Source of the DNA: Eledone cirrhosa
Taxonomy: Eukaryota
Direction of reading: 5' to 3'
Assembly: GCA_964016885.1 (NCBI GenBank)
Contig: OZ024740.1
Location: 401,574,001-401,638,000, forward strand
DNA length: 64,000 bases
Under the pieces are notes generated by a model. The model had not been told where the DNA came from. It ran no database searches and worked only from the letters and a program-made list of their open reading frames with translations. Positions 14,842 to 28,557 of this stretch are shown here, in pieces. A program made the translations under genes and the position numbers. How positions within the stretch are numbered: the stretch's first letter is position 1; every line of letters starts with the position of its first letter.

Positions 14842-15222
14842 GTAGAAGGTCGGAGGCCATGCTTTGCAGCATAGAGTTACGCCCCCTTATGATCTGAGTT
14901 CAAATCCCGCCGAGGTTAACTTTGCTTTTCATCCTTACGGGGTCGATAAAATAAAGTACCAGTAATGAACTGGGATAATTACTGACCTTGTGCCAAAAGT
15001 ATAAAGAATTATTAAGGACGACTTGGGCAGTGGATTGTCAGTATCAGTAGAATGTCGGACATGCTTCGCGGCATGAGTTCAAATCCCACCGAGGTTAGCT
15101 TTTCCTGACATCCTGTCGGGGTTGTGATGAAATAAAGTAGCAGTAACCAACTGGGGTCGAGTTAATCGACTCTCCCCTCCCCTAAAATTGTTGGTATTGT
15201 GCCTATAGTAGAAATCAATATT
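14842..15222 (+). mobile_element. Two tandem SINE copies (14842-15012 and 15025-15222)
   Basis: Two B-boxes (gagttcaaatccc), each followed by the core and tail. Confidence 0.85.
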
Positions 15223-16334
15223 AGGGACGACTAAATAAACTGCATCACTCACCGAATTTTGAAAACAGTATAATTCAAATTCAGATATAATTAATTTATC
15301 TCTAACATCATCATATAATCTACAGTAACAAAAAATATTAGTGTTGTAGCAAAAAACATTGTTTACATGTACGGGGATTTCTAAATTCTCTCGTTTGCTT
15401 TCTTATCCAGCATGTTGTGTTTTCTTGAATACTATATTGTTATAGGTTTTCAGTATTTATTGTTATGTGTGTATTATGTAGATGGTGTGGTGTACCGATT
15501 AACATTTGTGTATTCAATACAACAAACTGGAAACCTTAACGCATTCCTCAAGTAATAAACATTCATTCATTCAAATCTAACTATGAGAAATATGTTGTTT
15601 AAGTAAGTGTAAACATATTTAATGTAGGGAGCATTAAAATACTAACTAGAAAGAATTATGCGCTGGCGTAAAAAAAAAAAAACATTAGCCAATGAGTAAT
15701 ATTATTTTAATATTTTCGCCATAATATGTCTCACTTCCCTGTGGTAATGGTAATTAGAAATATTAACGCTCTAACTTCAGTATAATTATTCATACATACA
15801 CTCACACACACACATATATATATATATGTACATGAGTGTCGGTGAGTGTGCGTGTTATTGTGTCTGTGGATATGGGTGTATCTATGTATATGCAAGTATT
15901 TATGTATGAATGTGTTTATATCCATTGATCATCATAGAACTCATGTATGCAAATAAGCAACCATTTTTATAAAAATCCATTGAATTAATTTATATTGATG
16001 AAAGAAAATTACTAAATGAGATATTGTGATTGCAGTATTGATATTATTCCTTAATTTGCACCCACATGAAAATAATTTCCCTTTAAGCAAATTTTGCATA
16101 TCGAATGAGAAATTTAAATACCACACATATGTATTTAAAACTCAGTTAACCTACATTTTCTAAAGTATTTTACACTTCTGGTGATCATTATTAACACACC
16201 AACACGCACTCACATGCACACATAAACATAGATGTATACACACATACAATCACACACACACACACACATATATCGATATATATCAATATATATCGATATA
16301 TATATGTGTGTGTGTGTGTATATATATGGGTATA

Positions 16335-16364
<30 letters not shown>

Positions 16365-16365
<1 letters not shown>

Positions 16366-18330
16366 TGGAATAAATGCTCTGAAATAGCGATATATATGTG
16401 AATATAGACATAGAATATTCGAAAATATTCTGTATGTTTATAATAAACATTTTGAAGACCTAATCGCTATAGAATAGAATACGTCACGTATTACAATTAG
16501 ATTCTCGATAAAAGCAAGGGAAGTAATCTACGCGTTTCATTCTCGTTAGAAATCATCAGGACTACATATCCAGTGCTTTTATCGAGAATGGCACAGCTAG
16601 AGACTTATAGAATACTTAGCTGTGTACAGGAACTGGTTTGAAAGAGCGGTTGCCGGTCCGGCAGAAATTAAAAATTGGAATAAATGCTCTGAAATAGCGA
16701 TATATATGTGAATATAGACATAGAATATTCGAAAATATTCTGTATGTTTATAATAAACATTTTGAAGACCTAATCGCTATAGAATAGAATACGTCACGTA
16801 TTACAATTAGATTCTCGATAAAAGCAAGGGAAGTAATCTACGCGTTTCATTCTCGTTAGAAATCATCAGGACTACATATCCAGTGCTTTTATCGAGAATG
16901 GCACAGCTAGAGACTTATAGAATACTTAGCTGTGTACAGGAACTGGTTTGAAAGAGCGGTTGCCGGTCCGGCAGAAATTAAAAATTGGAATAAATGCTCT
17001 GAAATAGCGATATATATGTGAATATAGACATAGAATATTCGAAAATATTCTGTATGTTTATAATAAACATTTTGAAGACCTAATCGCTATAGAATAGAAT
17101 ACGTCACGTATTACAATTAGATTCTCGATAAAAGCAAGGGAAGTAATCTACGCGTTTCATTCTCGTTAGAAATCATCAGGACTACATATCCAGTGCTTTT
17201 ATCGAGAATGGCACAGCTAGAGACTTATAGAATACTTAGCTGTGTACAGGAACTGGTTTGAAAGAGCGGTTGCCGGTCCGGCAGAAATTAAAAATTGGAA
17301 TAAATGCTCTGAAATAGCGATATATATGTGAATATAGACATAGAATATTCGAAAATATTCTGTATGTTTATAATAAACATTTTGAAGACCTAATCGCTAT
17401 AGAATAGAATACGTCACGTATTACAATTAGATTCTCGATAAAAGCAAGGGAAGTAATCTACGCGTTTCATTCTCGTTAGAAATCATCAGGACTACATATC
17501 CAGTGCTTTTATCGAGAATGGCACAGCTAGAGACTTATAGAATACTTAGCTGTGTACAGGAACTGGTTTGAAAGAGCGGTTGCCGGTCCGGCAGAAATTA
17601 AAAATTGGAATAAATGCTCTGAAATAGCGATATATATGTGAATATAGACATAGAATATTCGAAAATATTCTGTATGTTTATAATAAACATTTTGAAGACC
17701 TAATCGCTATAGAATAGAATACGTCACGTATTACAATTAGATTCTCGATAAAAGCAAGGGAAGTAATCTACGCGTTTCATTCTCGTTAGAAATCATCAGG
17801 ACTACATATCCAGTGCTTTTATCGAGAATGGCACAGCTAGAGACTTATAGAATACTTAGCTGTGTACAGGAACTGGTTTGAAAGAGCGGTTGCCGGTCCG
17901 GCAGAAATTAAAAATTGGAATAAATGCTCTGAAATAGCGATATATATGTGAATATAGACATAGAATATTCGAAAATATTCTGTATGTTTATAATAAACAT
18001 TTTGAAGACCTAATCGCTATAGAATAGAATACGTCACGTATTACAATTAGATTCTCGATTTTTAATTTCTGCCGGACCGGCAACCGCTCTTTCAAACCAG
18101 TTCCTGTACACAGCTAAGTATTCTATAAGTCTCTAGCTGTGCCATTCTCGATAAAAGCACTGGATATGTAGTCCTGATGATTTCTAACGAGAATGAAACG
18201 CGTAGATTACTTCCCTTGCTTTTATCGAGAATCTAATTGTAATACGTGACGTATTCTATTCTATAGCGATTAGGTCTTCAAAATGTTTATTATAAACATA
18301 CAGAATATTTTCGAATATTCTATGTCTATA

Positions 18331-18335
<5 letters not shown>
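16365..18335 (-). mobile_element. Retrozyme-like array: about 5.5 x 310 bp units plus an inverted arm of about 277 bp, in (TA)n
   Basis: Units begin at 16365, 16675, 16985, 17295, 17605 and 17915 and appear identical; 18058-18335 is an inverted copy; one hammerhead per unit. Confidence 0.92.
16523..16565 (-). ncRNA. Minimal type I hammerhead (repeats at 16833, 17143, 17453, 17763 on minus; 18168-18210 on plus)
   Basis: gtagtc-CTGATGA-t-ttct-aacg-agaa-t-GAAAC-gc-GTA-gattac; enclosed by the 16 bp helix attctcgataaaagca/tgcttttatcgagaat. Confidence 0.9.
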
Positions 18336-18388
<53 letters not shown>

Positions 18389-18928
18389 TACATATGCATT
18401 TATATACCTATATATATATATATATACATATGCTTATATATATATATCAATATCGATATATCGATAAAACGATTTTCAATTAATGTTGAGCCTCTCAGCA
18501 TGCATGTATCTATGTCAGCTAATATGTATATGTATACGTACATACATTCATACATACACACGCACGCACACACATAATATATATATATATATATACACCG
18601 ACATATGTTACTTTCGTCAATTCGTTCAGTATTTGCCTTTTTTCCATTCAATATATATCCGCTTAATTTCTACTTCTGTATCATATTAATTTTACACAAG
18701 CTTGTTTATTTAAAATACATAGTTCAACATTAAACTTTAAAATGTAACACGTATATGTTTTTAGAAAGGAATCCAAAGAAAACTGTACATACTTAATTAC
18801 TATTTGAACTAACTGACGCTCCCTAATGAGTTATGAATAATTAATAGGCAAAAAAATAACATAAATATATTTTCCTTAATGAATAACTGAATTTCAACCA
18901 CATGTTACATCGATATGATCTCAAATGG

Positions 18929-19048
18929 TCGTTTTTCCCATATTTTTTAATACACAAACACGTTTATATATATAGGTATATATATATATATATATATATA
19001 TACGTATATACAAACGCGTGTGTGTATTAAAAAATATGGGAAAAACGA
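18929..19048. repeat. Inverted duplication centred on (TA)n
   Basis: tcgtttttcccatattttttaatacaca...(TA)n...tgtgtattaaaaaatatgggaaaaacga. Confidence 0.8.
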
Positions 19049-19069
19049 AGATTTTTATATGTATGTATA

Positions 19070-19156
<87 letters not shown>

Positions 19157-19170
19157 ACATACATATGTTC

Positions 19171-19256
<86 letters not shown>

Positions 19257-19981
19257 ATGTGTGTGTGTGTAGAAGCACATACGCACACATATATATATAT
19301 TTCTATATATATATATATATATTCATAAATTCGACATCTGAAATGTTGAAGAATATTTAGTATGAGTAGCATCCCAGAAGCTGCATAACAGATGTTTACG
19401 TTAGTTTCAAGGAGTGGACTAAAACGAATGCTTCTAGATCCCATGGGATAGTGAAGCAAACAACACATCCTGTCTTTTCGCATCTAACTATGTGTTGACA
19501 ACAATATTTTGTACTTACGTGTAGTAGTTTTATGATATATTGCTTTGATTTGTCGGTATAATATGTTATTTTTTTTATAATATAAGCTGATAACATTAAT
19601 TCATGTGAGGCTTGTATGTATGAGAAACGGAGTTATCTTTCTTGTCTGCATACCTTATTTTCAGGATTGTGTTATAGAAGGATATTTACTATTGTACTTA
19701 TTAAGTGGTAAATTCAATTATTACTCTATAGTTAAATTAGTCTAGATCATTCGATATTGACGACTTACCTCGGATAAAATGACGGGTGTTATATATATAC
19801 AGGGCTAGGTGACTTGGTGAAGTGTCTACTAAAATATTAGCATTGGCTGCGTGGAGGCTACAATCAAAGTAAATAATTTCCGCTGGTTCAGCTGAAATTA
19901 CTCTGAATAACAAATATGAATATCGTGAGACTTATTTCGATAGAGAGTGATGTGTAGAAAATGAGCTGAGTTCAAAATATT

Positions 19982-20360
19982 ATAACTGTTTCTACTTTTT
20001 GGCACAAGGCCAGCAAATAAGCCAGTGCATTACTGGTACTTTATTTTATCGACCCCGTAAGGATGAAAGGCAAATTAAACTTCGGCGGCATTTGAATTCA
20101 GAATGGAAAGGGCCGTAACTCCATACGTCAAAGCATGTTGTCCGACCCTCTACCGGTACTGCCAAATATTATAATTGTTTCTACTTTCGGCACAAGGCCA
20201 GCAATTATCCAGAGCATTACTCGTACTTTTTTTTATTGACCCCGTAAGGATGAAAGGCAAAGTTAACCTCGGCGGGATTTGAACTCAGAACACAAAGGGA
20301 CGTAACTATGCTGGAAAGCATGGCGTCCGACCCTCTACCGATACTGCCAATACACCGCCA
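19982..20360 (-). mobile_element. Two tandem SINE copies (19982-20165 and 20170-20360)
   Basis: Tail, core gaccccgtaaggatgaaaggc, B-box and A-box each present twice on the minus strand. Confidence 0.88.
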
Positions 20361-20813
20361 AATATTATAGTGACCTAGAAGAATGCATTCGGATGGCACA
20401 GCACTAGTCAATAAAGAGTGAGTGATATGTCGCTGAATTGACTTGCATTAAAACTCGATCTTCCTTATTTAGATTTCGTGTAGAAAATTCTAGAAAAACA
20501 AACGGAAAACTTGACAGTAAAATCTATTAGCTGTCACAACACTTATTATACATGCATATATGTATATATGTATGTATGCATGAATATATATATGTACGTA
20601 TGTATGTACGTATGTATGTATGTATGTATATATATATGTATGTATGTATGCATGTATGTATGTATGTATGTATGCATGTATGTATGTATGTATGTATGTG
20701 TGTGTGTATGTATGTATGTATGTAAGTGTGTGTGTAAAGTATATACGTATGTATACGTATGCATGTATACATGAATGTATGAATAAACACACACACATAG
20801 ACACACACACACG

Positions 20814-20863
<50 letters not shown>

Positions 20864-21191
20864 CATATGGATACACATTCACACATGGGGACACACATAT
20901 AGAGATGTCAGAGTGTGCATGTGAATATATATGCATGCATCTGTGTATACAAACGCAAATATTTATTCATATTGCTGGAGAGGCCTTTCCTGTAAACCCC
21001 ATTGACCCTACCACACAGGTGGAGTAATGTTGTGCTGGATGCCCAACTTGTATTGCTGACTATGAGGAAAGATTTCCGCAGTGTTAAGGAGATTGGACAA
21101 CGTGCTTAGTACGTTTTCAGTATGAGAAATAGTAAAGATGTGCATGGCAGAAGTCACAATGAGGTGTGTGCTGGCTTTTAGCTCAGATTAC

Positions 21192-21207
21192 AGTAGTAGT
21201 AGTAGTA

Positions 21208-21257
<50 letters not shown>

Positions 21258-21395
21258 GGTGGTAGTAGTAATAGTAGTAGTAGTAGTAGTAGTGGTAGTA
21301 GTAGAAGTAGCAGTAGTAGTGGTGGTAGTAGTAGAAGTAGTAGTAGATGTAGTAATGGTAGTAGTAGTAGCAGTAGTAATAGTAGTAGTAGTAGA

Positions 21396-21428
<33 letters not shown>

Positions 21429-21575
21429 GGTAGTGGTAGTATTAGTAGTAGTAGTAGTAGTGTGGTGGTGGTGGTGGTGGTGGTGGTTGTAGTAGTAGTA
21501 GTAGTAGTTGTGGTGGTTGTGGTGGTGTTAGTAGTAATGGTGGTTGTGGTGGTGTTAGTAGTAGTAGTAATAGTA
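21192..21575. repeat. Compound (AGT)n/(GGT)n microsatellite
   Basis: Direct reading; source of the poly-Ser and poly-Val ORFs. Confidence 0.97.
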
Positions 21576-21877
21576 GACCAACCACCAGAAAGTGTTGTTA
21601 GCTGTAAGTGAAAGTTTTTCCCATCTGTCAGATGGTCTTTTTAGAGCATTTACATGTGTAATATGTTACTCTAAAGTACCCTTAAACCTTGTGTCAGCAA
21701 CTTTGCACCTTCAAAATAATAATTAATAAATAAATAAATAAATAAATAAATAAATTTAATATAACATAATATAAAACTTTTACTTTTTTTTTTTTATATG
21801 AATAGACAAAATGAATCGATCTTTACCACCGTACATCAAATACAAAGCAAATTCAAAGATATACGAAAACTATTAAA

Positions 21878-21910
<33 letters not shown>

Positions 21911-21916
<6 letters not shown>

Positions 21917-23549
21917 CAAATAACGAAACGAAATTAAATTTCGTTTCGTTTGTAACTCACTTTTGTATGACTGACGCTTAAACAATTAAGTTAGAAGTGT
22001 ACATCCACATATGTATACTGAAATACTAGTATGCATATAAATACACACACGTATACATATGTAGATGTACCGAGTTTTTCACTGGACACTTTACTGTGAG
22101 TGTTCAGCTAGTCTGTATGTAAACACACAGACAAACCGGTTTTTAGAGTCATACTGGTTTTCGAGGAAACACCTTTCCTCTATTCTCCAGAGGGCCAGAC
22201 AGGAATATTGGACTAGTTTCGATGTTGTTACATCTCATCAGCAATATATACCCATCCTCCGGCCCCTCTAGAGAATCGTAAAAGCACATATCGTTATATG
22301 CTTTTTCTATGAAAATTAGTAGTGGGCAGACTAATTTGCATAGAGCGTGAGTACGTACCGGTTCAGCGGAAGCGATAAAAACAAATAACGAAACGAAATT
22401 AAATTTCGTTTCGTTTGTAACTCACTTTTGTATGACTGACGCTTAAACAATTAAGTTAGAAGTGTACATCCACATATGTATACTGAAATACTAGTATGCA
22501 TATAAATACACACACGTATATATATGTAGATGTACCGAGTTTTTCACTGGACACTTTACTGTGAGTGTTCAGCTAGTCTGTATGTAAACACACAGACAAA
22601 CCGGTTTTTAGAGTCATACTGGTTTTCGAGGAAACACCTTTCCTCTATTCTCCAGAGGGCCAGACAGGAATATTGGACTAGTTTCGATGTTGTTACATCT
22701 CATCAGCAATATATACCCATCCTCCGGCCCCTCTAGAGAATCGTAAAAGCACATATCGTTATATGCTTTTTCTATGAAAATTAGTAGTGGGCAGACTAAT
22801 TTGCATAGAGCGTGAGTACGTACCGGTTCAGCGGAAGCGATAAAAACAAATAACGAAACGAAATTAAATTTCGCCCTCTGGAGAATAGAGGAAAGGTGTT
22901 TCCTCGAAAACCAGTATGACTCTAAAAACCGGTTTGTCTGTGTGTTTACATACAGACTAGCTGAACACTCACAGTAAAGTGTCCAGTGAAAAACTCGGTA
23001 CATCTACATATGTATACGTGTGTGTATTTATATGCATACTAGTATTTCAGTATACATATGTGGATGTACACTTCTAACTTAATTGTTTAAGCGTCAGTCA
23101 TACAAAAGTGAGTTACAAACGAAACGAAATTTAATTTCGTTTCGTTATTTGTTTTTATCGCTTCCACTGAACCGGTACGTACTCACGCTCTATGCAAATT
23201 AGTCTGCCCACTACTAATTTTCATAGAAAAAGCATATAACGATATGTGCTTTTACGATACTCTAGAGGGGCCGGAGGATGGGTATATATTGCTGATGAGA
23301 TGTAACAACATCGAAACTAGTCCAATATTCCTGTCTGGCCCTCTGGAGAATAGAGGAAAGGTGTTTCCTCGAAAACCAGTATGACTCTAAAAACCGGTTT
23401 GTCTGTGTGTTTACATACAGACTAGCTGAACACTCACAGTAAAGTGTCCAGTGAAAAACTCGGTACATCTACATATGTATACGTGTGTGTATTTATATGC
23501 ATACTAGTATTTCAGTATACATATGTGGATGTACACTTCTAACTTAATT

Positions 23550-23552
<3 letters not shown>
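21911..23552. mobile_element. Retrozyme-like element: about 2.1 x 465 bp units joined head-to-head to about 1.5 inverted units, in (TA)n
   Basis: Units start at 21911, 22376 and 22841; inversion at 22873; ORF track repeats at 22065/22530 (+) and 23262 (-) confirm the period. Confidence 0.92.
22205..22247 (-). ncRNA. Minimal type I hammerhead (also 22670-22712 on minus; 23286-23328 on plus)
   Basis: atattg-CTGATGA-gatgt-aaca-acatc-GAAAC-ta-GTC-caatat; all stems pair, canonical GUC site. Confidence 0.93.
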
Positions 23553-23631
<79 letters not shown>

Positions 23632-24374
23632 ATTTATATTTGTATTATTGTATTAATCTCCCAAATCAAGCGATTAACCAGTTAATTTTTTGGGGGCTTT
23701 TTAGTTAATTCTATTGACTGATTAATCGCTTAATTTTATTTTTAAAAACAACTCGGTAGAGATCTTAATTGGTTTTGTGCGGTTTTTGCAAATTTTTGCA
23801 ATTAATACACATGCTGAATTCACTGGCCAAAATAAGGGTTTTCTCCCCTTAGAATCTCACAAGTGCTTTCATAACCTGCGAGATTCTGGCGCAAGAAGAA
23901 CAAAACCTGTTGAGAAAGCGATTACTTGTTCGATCATTATACCAAAAGCTTATTTTTTATAAGCAGACAGTATTATTGATTTAGGTGTTGCAGAAACCCA
24001 ATTTCGGAGTATTCCATCTTCCCCGAGAGTCCGGGTAAATATTTCAATCATATCTCATTTTGTTTGACCCGTTTAGCTTGTTCGCTTTTTTGGCTATGGT
24101 GGTTAATGGCTTCTTAACCATCGTCTCAGCGTGTATGACCATTTTAACTTATGTTTATAGCTCTGGTATCTTCTTCATATCCATGGAGCCCTTGTCTGCA
24201 CAATATGGAAGTTGCGTTTCGCTAATTTCTACCCGCCGAAATGCGATTCTCGCTAAATTTATATTTATATTTATATTTATATTTATATATATATTTATAT
24301 TTATATTTATATATATATTTATATATATATAGAATCATTAGAACATCTGAATGATAAAATGACAAGTCAATCAA

Positions 24375-24525
24375 TCATATTGGTGGACTCCCCACAGCCC
24401 CGGCGGACAGAATGGTGAAGGCGTTTCCCCGGAGGACGGCAAGGGAGATGCGCTGGAAAAGCCATTCGAGCTCGTGTGGCTCACACCTGTGGCTGGCCAG
24501 TTCAGCGCCTAAGGTGGTGGGTACT
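24375..24525 (-). pseudogene. CRE-like RLE non-LTR retrotransposon 3' fragment
   Basis: LGAELA..EP.ELEWLFQRISLAVLRGNAFTIL, the C-terminal QRISLA..RGN motif typical of CRE-clade elements. Confidence 0.7.
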
Positions 24526-25264
24526 TTTACTAGGAATATAATTTTATCGCCAATGTATACATGGCTGTACATGCTAGAGCACTGTATTCAAAGGTGTAGT
24601 CGATTATATCAATATGAGTACTTAACGGGTACATACTTTAGCACTGTCAAATTGATGAAAGCTAAACTCGTTTGATGGCTTTCCAACATCAAACCTGATA
24701 ACGCTAATCACAATATGCCAAGTTTTTCCAGCCAACGTTCTATCAATACTGCGTTCCGGCGCAACGTAATATAATCCGTATTATATATGTGTGCATGTGT
24801 GCATGCGTATGTATGTGTGTGGGTGTGTGTGAATGCACGCGTGTGTGTATGTGAGTGCGTGTATGTGTGTGAGTGCGTGTGTGTATGTGCGTATATGTGT
24901 ATTTATTAATACATGTGTGTGTGTGTGTGGGGGGGGGGGGGGGGTGAATGCACGCGTGTGTGTATGTGACTGCGTATATGTGTATGTGTGTGAGTGCGTG
25001 TGTGTGTATGTGCGTATATGTGTATTTATTTATGCATGTGTGTGTGTCTGTGTGTGTGTGTGTGACTATGCATGTACTTATGCATATATAACTATACGAT
25101 ATACAATATATACAAAATATGCTAATAAAAAACAGAACAGGCACAAAGAACGAATGGAAAATTATTTAGCAATTGTATAATAAGTTAACGCAATTGTATA
25201 ATAATGTTTGAGGATTGTAAAAATGTTTATTCATTATTCATAAATTATATATTACCCTCTTTGC

Positions 25265-25790
25265 GCAGCGTGTGGCCCCTCGTCATCCTTTCGCAGATCG
25301 CATCTTCGAATTCGATGCCACAGATTGACGCTGTTCTATGTGATAGGTTCAATGTGTCCAATCACGGAAGAGCCGAACTCCCAGTGTCATCGCCTCCATC
25401 TCTCTTACCCACCCAACTCTCTGTATTATGAGCAAATGATGCCCCACGGCTGGTCGCCCCACAGCCCCGGCGGACCGAATGGAGAAGGTGTTTACCCGGA
25501 GGATGGCAAGGGAGATGCGCTGGAAGAGCCATTCCATCTCGCGAGGCTCACACCTGCACCTGGCCAGCTCAGCGCCTCTAGTGGTAAGCAGGGAGGTAGC
25601 CCTAGGGCCAAGGACACCAGAAGTCTCCACTTCCGGAGAGCCACCGGTACATTATTAGCTTCAGCAGTGCCAGCTAGCCACAGGTGAAATTCCCTGGGAA
25701 ATGTGTTGGCCTCGGCCTCCGTTTCAGATCTGGCACTGCCACCTTAACTCTCCTCTATCTCCTCCACCGCTCAGACTGGGGTCTAGAGTC
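25265..25790 (-). pseudogene. CRE-like RLE non-LTR retrotransposon 3' end
   Basis: ETSGVLGP...EPREMEWLFQRISLAILRVNTFSI; GC-rich; homologous to 24375-24525. Confidence 0.75.
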
Positions 25791-26357
25791 TGTCCCCACT
25801 ACTATTATCCCTTTCTTTCGTTGATGAATTCTGTGTTTTCTTTTACTCGTTTCCCTTTCTTTCTTTTATGTTTTACAAATCGCTAAGGTCTACTTGCGCC
25901 TCCGTAAATTCCGTATTAGACGTTGCTCTTTCTACCTGGAGTTGCGATCGATAGATAATATTAGCAATTGGAAAGACCAACGGAAACATTGTTTCCTCGG
26001 CCCGATTTGACGAAAGTCGATCGACAAATATTTATATATATATATATATATTTAAACTGATCATATATATTCTATCGAAATCCCCTTATCCCTAGAATAT
26101 GTTCCATAAAATTACTTATAAAATATATTTTTACACGTGTTTTTAGGATGATATGGAGAACCGACATTACTCACTAAGTTCAACGTGACTCAAAAGATGA
26201 ATCTTTTGGGCATATAAAAATCTTGAACTACGCGTCGTTTGCGTACCGGGAAGGAGAGAAAACTAATAATGACTCATCCGGACATAAGTTTGAATACACC
26301 CCACGCATGTTCATACACACACATTCACAGTCACATACATACACACATACATGTTCT

Positions 26358-26411
<54 letters not shown>

Positions 26412-27197
26412 CATATATATATATATAAGCGACCGCGTTTGTGCGTGTATATGTGAGTGTGTGTGTCTCTGTTAATGTATATGTCATACATATCTTCTCA
26501 AATATGAAGCTGTATTTACACTAATAGTCTCATGTTTTTGCACCAACATGTAAACAAGAATATATTTACATATAACACTCTTTCTTGTTGTGTTTATGTG
26601 TGGGTGTACCTATACCTATACATAAACAGTCGTACAAATCCGCAGAACCACACGAACATACATATGAATAAATTCACAAAGAAATCTGGTATATAGCACT
26701 TTTGAAAAAGTTCGTGTCATATTTCTTAAATATAATCGCACGCGCCCGCACACATTAACGTATATACATTAACAAAAATGTATACACAAACAAACATTCA
26801 GTAATACACCCCCTCACACATGCATGGTAATACGGAAATGCAGAGGGACATAGTTACATTATGGCTTACTAAGAGGAACGCCTTTCCTATGTGAATATAT
26901 TGATACACGAGTAGATAAGCATACATAAGCTTACACAGAGTTGCTGCCACATGCAAACAAACATATACCAGACAAATAACTACATACAAACATACACAGA
27001 AATGCTTACAAACATATGCAGGCATGGTTACACTTGCACATATGTAAATCATGACTTATCAGCTTCAACTGACAAATAGATATATTACTTTCATACAGCA
27101 AAATGTTTAGAAAAATATGACCCTAAATACAGTAAATGTGCAAAAGTATCAAAGGATGCATGATGATGGTGTCGATGATGATTATATATATATATAA

Positions 27198-27229
<32 letters not shown>

Positions 27230-27360
27230 ATCGCGGGTTCAATCGGGGGTAACCACAGTAAGTAAGGTACTCAATACATAGCAGATTATAAATATTTAAT
27301 TTAATGCTTTCCTAATGATTTCCTCCGAATGAAACAAGTTTCTAGTCCTGTAGAAGCCAT
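27230..27360. mobile_element. Hammerhead family D copy (inverted 3' piece plus degenerate ribozyme)
   Basis: ggttcaatcgggggtaaccac... as at 60626, then cctaatga..GAAAC..ctagtcctGTAgaagc. Confidence 0.7.
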
Positions 27361-27370
27361 TTCGCTCTCA

Positions 27371-27448
<78 letters not shown>

Positions 27449-27462
27449 ATTCATCTTTTTTT

Positions 27463-27521
<59 letters not shown>

Positions 27522-27547
27522 TATGCATATATTATATATATATATAT

Positions 27548-27796
27548 ATAAGGAAAAAAAGATGAAATCGAAAATGCAGCTGGAGTCTTTTTAACAATAT
27601 TTATTTGTTTCCTTTACCGGTTTCAAAATCACAAACCCTCCATCTCAACTCTACTTTTGAAAAGCATAAGAATTGTGAAACAGGTAAAGGAAACAAACAA
27701 ATAAAGACTCCAGTTGCATTCTCAATTTCATCTTTTTTCCTTATACTTTCACTCGTGTAGGACATCTCGTTTTTTTTCATAAAAAAAAACCCTCAT

Positions 27797-27800
<4 letters not shown>
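27548..27800. mobile_element. Palindromic element in (TA)n; relative at 62281-62505
   Basis: 27548-27625 is inverted relative to 27677-27745; GAAAC-cg-GTA half-motif; shared 3' sequence tactttcactcgtgtaggaca. Confidence 0.7.
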
Positions 27801-27885
<85 letters not shown>

Positions 27886-28350
27886 GCATAAGCTCTAATC
27901 AACCCTATACGATCCTGACAATTGCAGGACAGTTATTAATATATTTATATGTTGGTTCCCTCCTGTTGTTAGAACTAAATGTGGCATTGAAGAAATGATT
28001 TCAACGAAGTTAGGTGGAGAGTGCTATATTTTATGTGGTTGGCACTCATCGTGTAACGTTCCATTGAAGATTCTGCTGAAGCTGCAGAGTTAGTGTGTGT
28101 ATTTAACTATGAAAATAATACATGGTAGTTTGATATATCGAGTAGCAGGTAGTGGTTATGTCCCTAACTATTTCTAGTCTCGAAATCCCTAATATATCAC
28201 AGTCATGTTCAGAAGATATATCAATCTACTATAATCACTCAACCCACTGAAATTATCGTTAAGCTATGAACTAATTAACAACCTATCTTTGTCTTTTGTG
28301 TTATTTTCATTGTTAAATACACACACACACATATATATATAATATATATA

Positions 28351-28557
28351 TAACGAAGGAAATGAGGTAAGGAACCAGATGGACCATAACGCACCAAAGT
28401 ACTCAATACTTAGGGTAGTAGAGTGGGTAATAGGAACGAGTAGGACCACGACGGCTGAGCTCAAGCCGTTTCGACGGATAATTCTGGACTAAATTTAGTC
28501 CAGAATTAGCCGTCGAAACGGCTTGAGCTCAGCCGTCGGGGTCCTACTCGTTCCTAT
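28351..28557. mobile_element. Family A palindromic element with hammerhead half-motif
   Basis: Fold-back at ggactaaa|tttagtcc (about 28493); gtc-GAAAC-ggct..agcc-GTC-ggggtc on both strands; (TA)n flanks. Confidence 0.85.

Noticed and set aside
16365-18058. Regular array as CRISPR or centromeric satellite
   Set aside because: No variable spacers, eukaryotic context, short array with one ribozyme per unit and an inverted arm
20980-21191. Possible LINE 3' UTR ending in (AGT)n
   Set aside because: No second copy or coding motif in the window to support it
22065-22271. Repeated 68 aa ORF MYRVFHWTLY...
   Set aside because: Recurs only because of the 465 bp repeat, is antisense to the ribozyme strand, and shows no recognisable motif
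23630-24250. Possible further PLE or LINE coding relic on the minus strand
   Set aside because: Only a weak YLPGLS-like word; too decayed to call without a search
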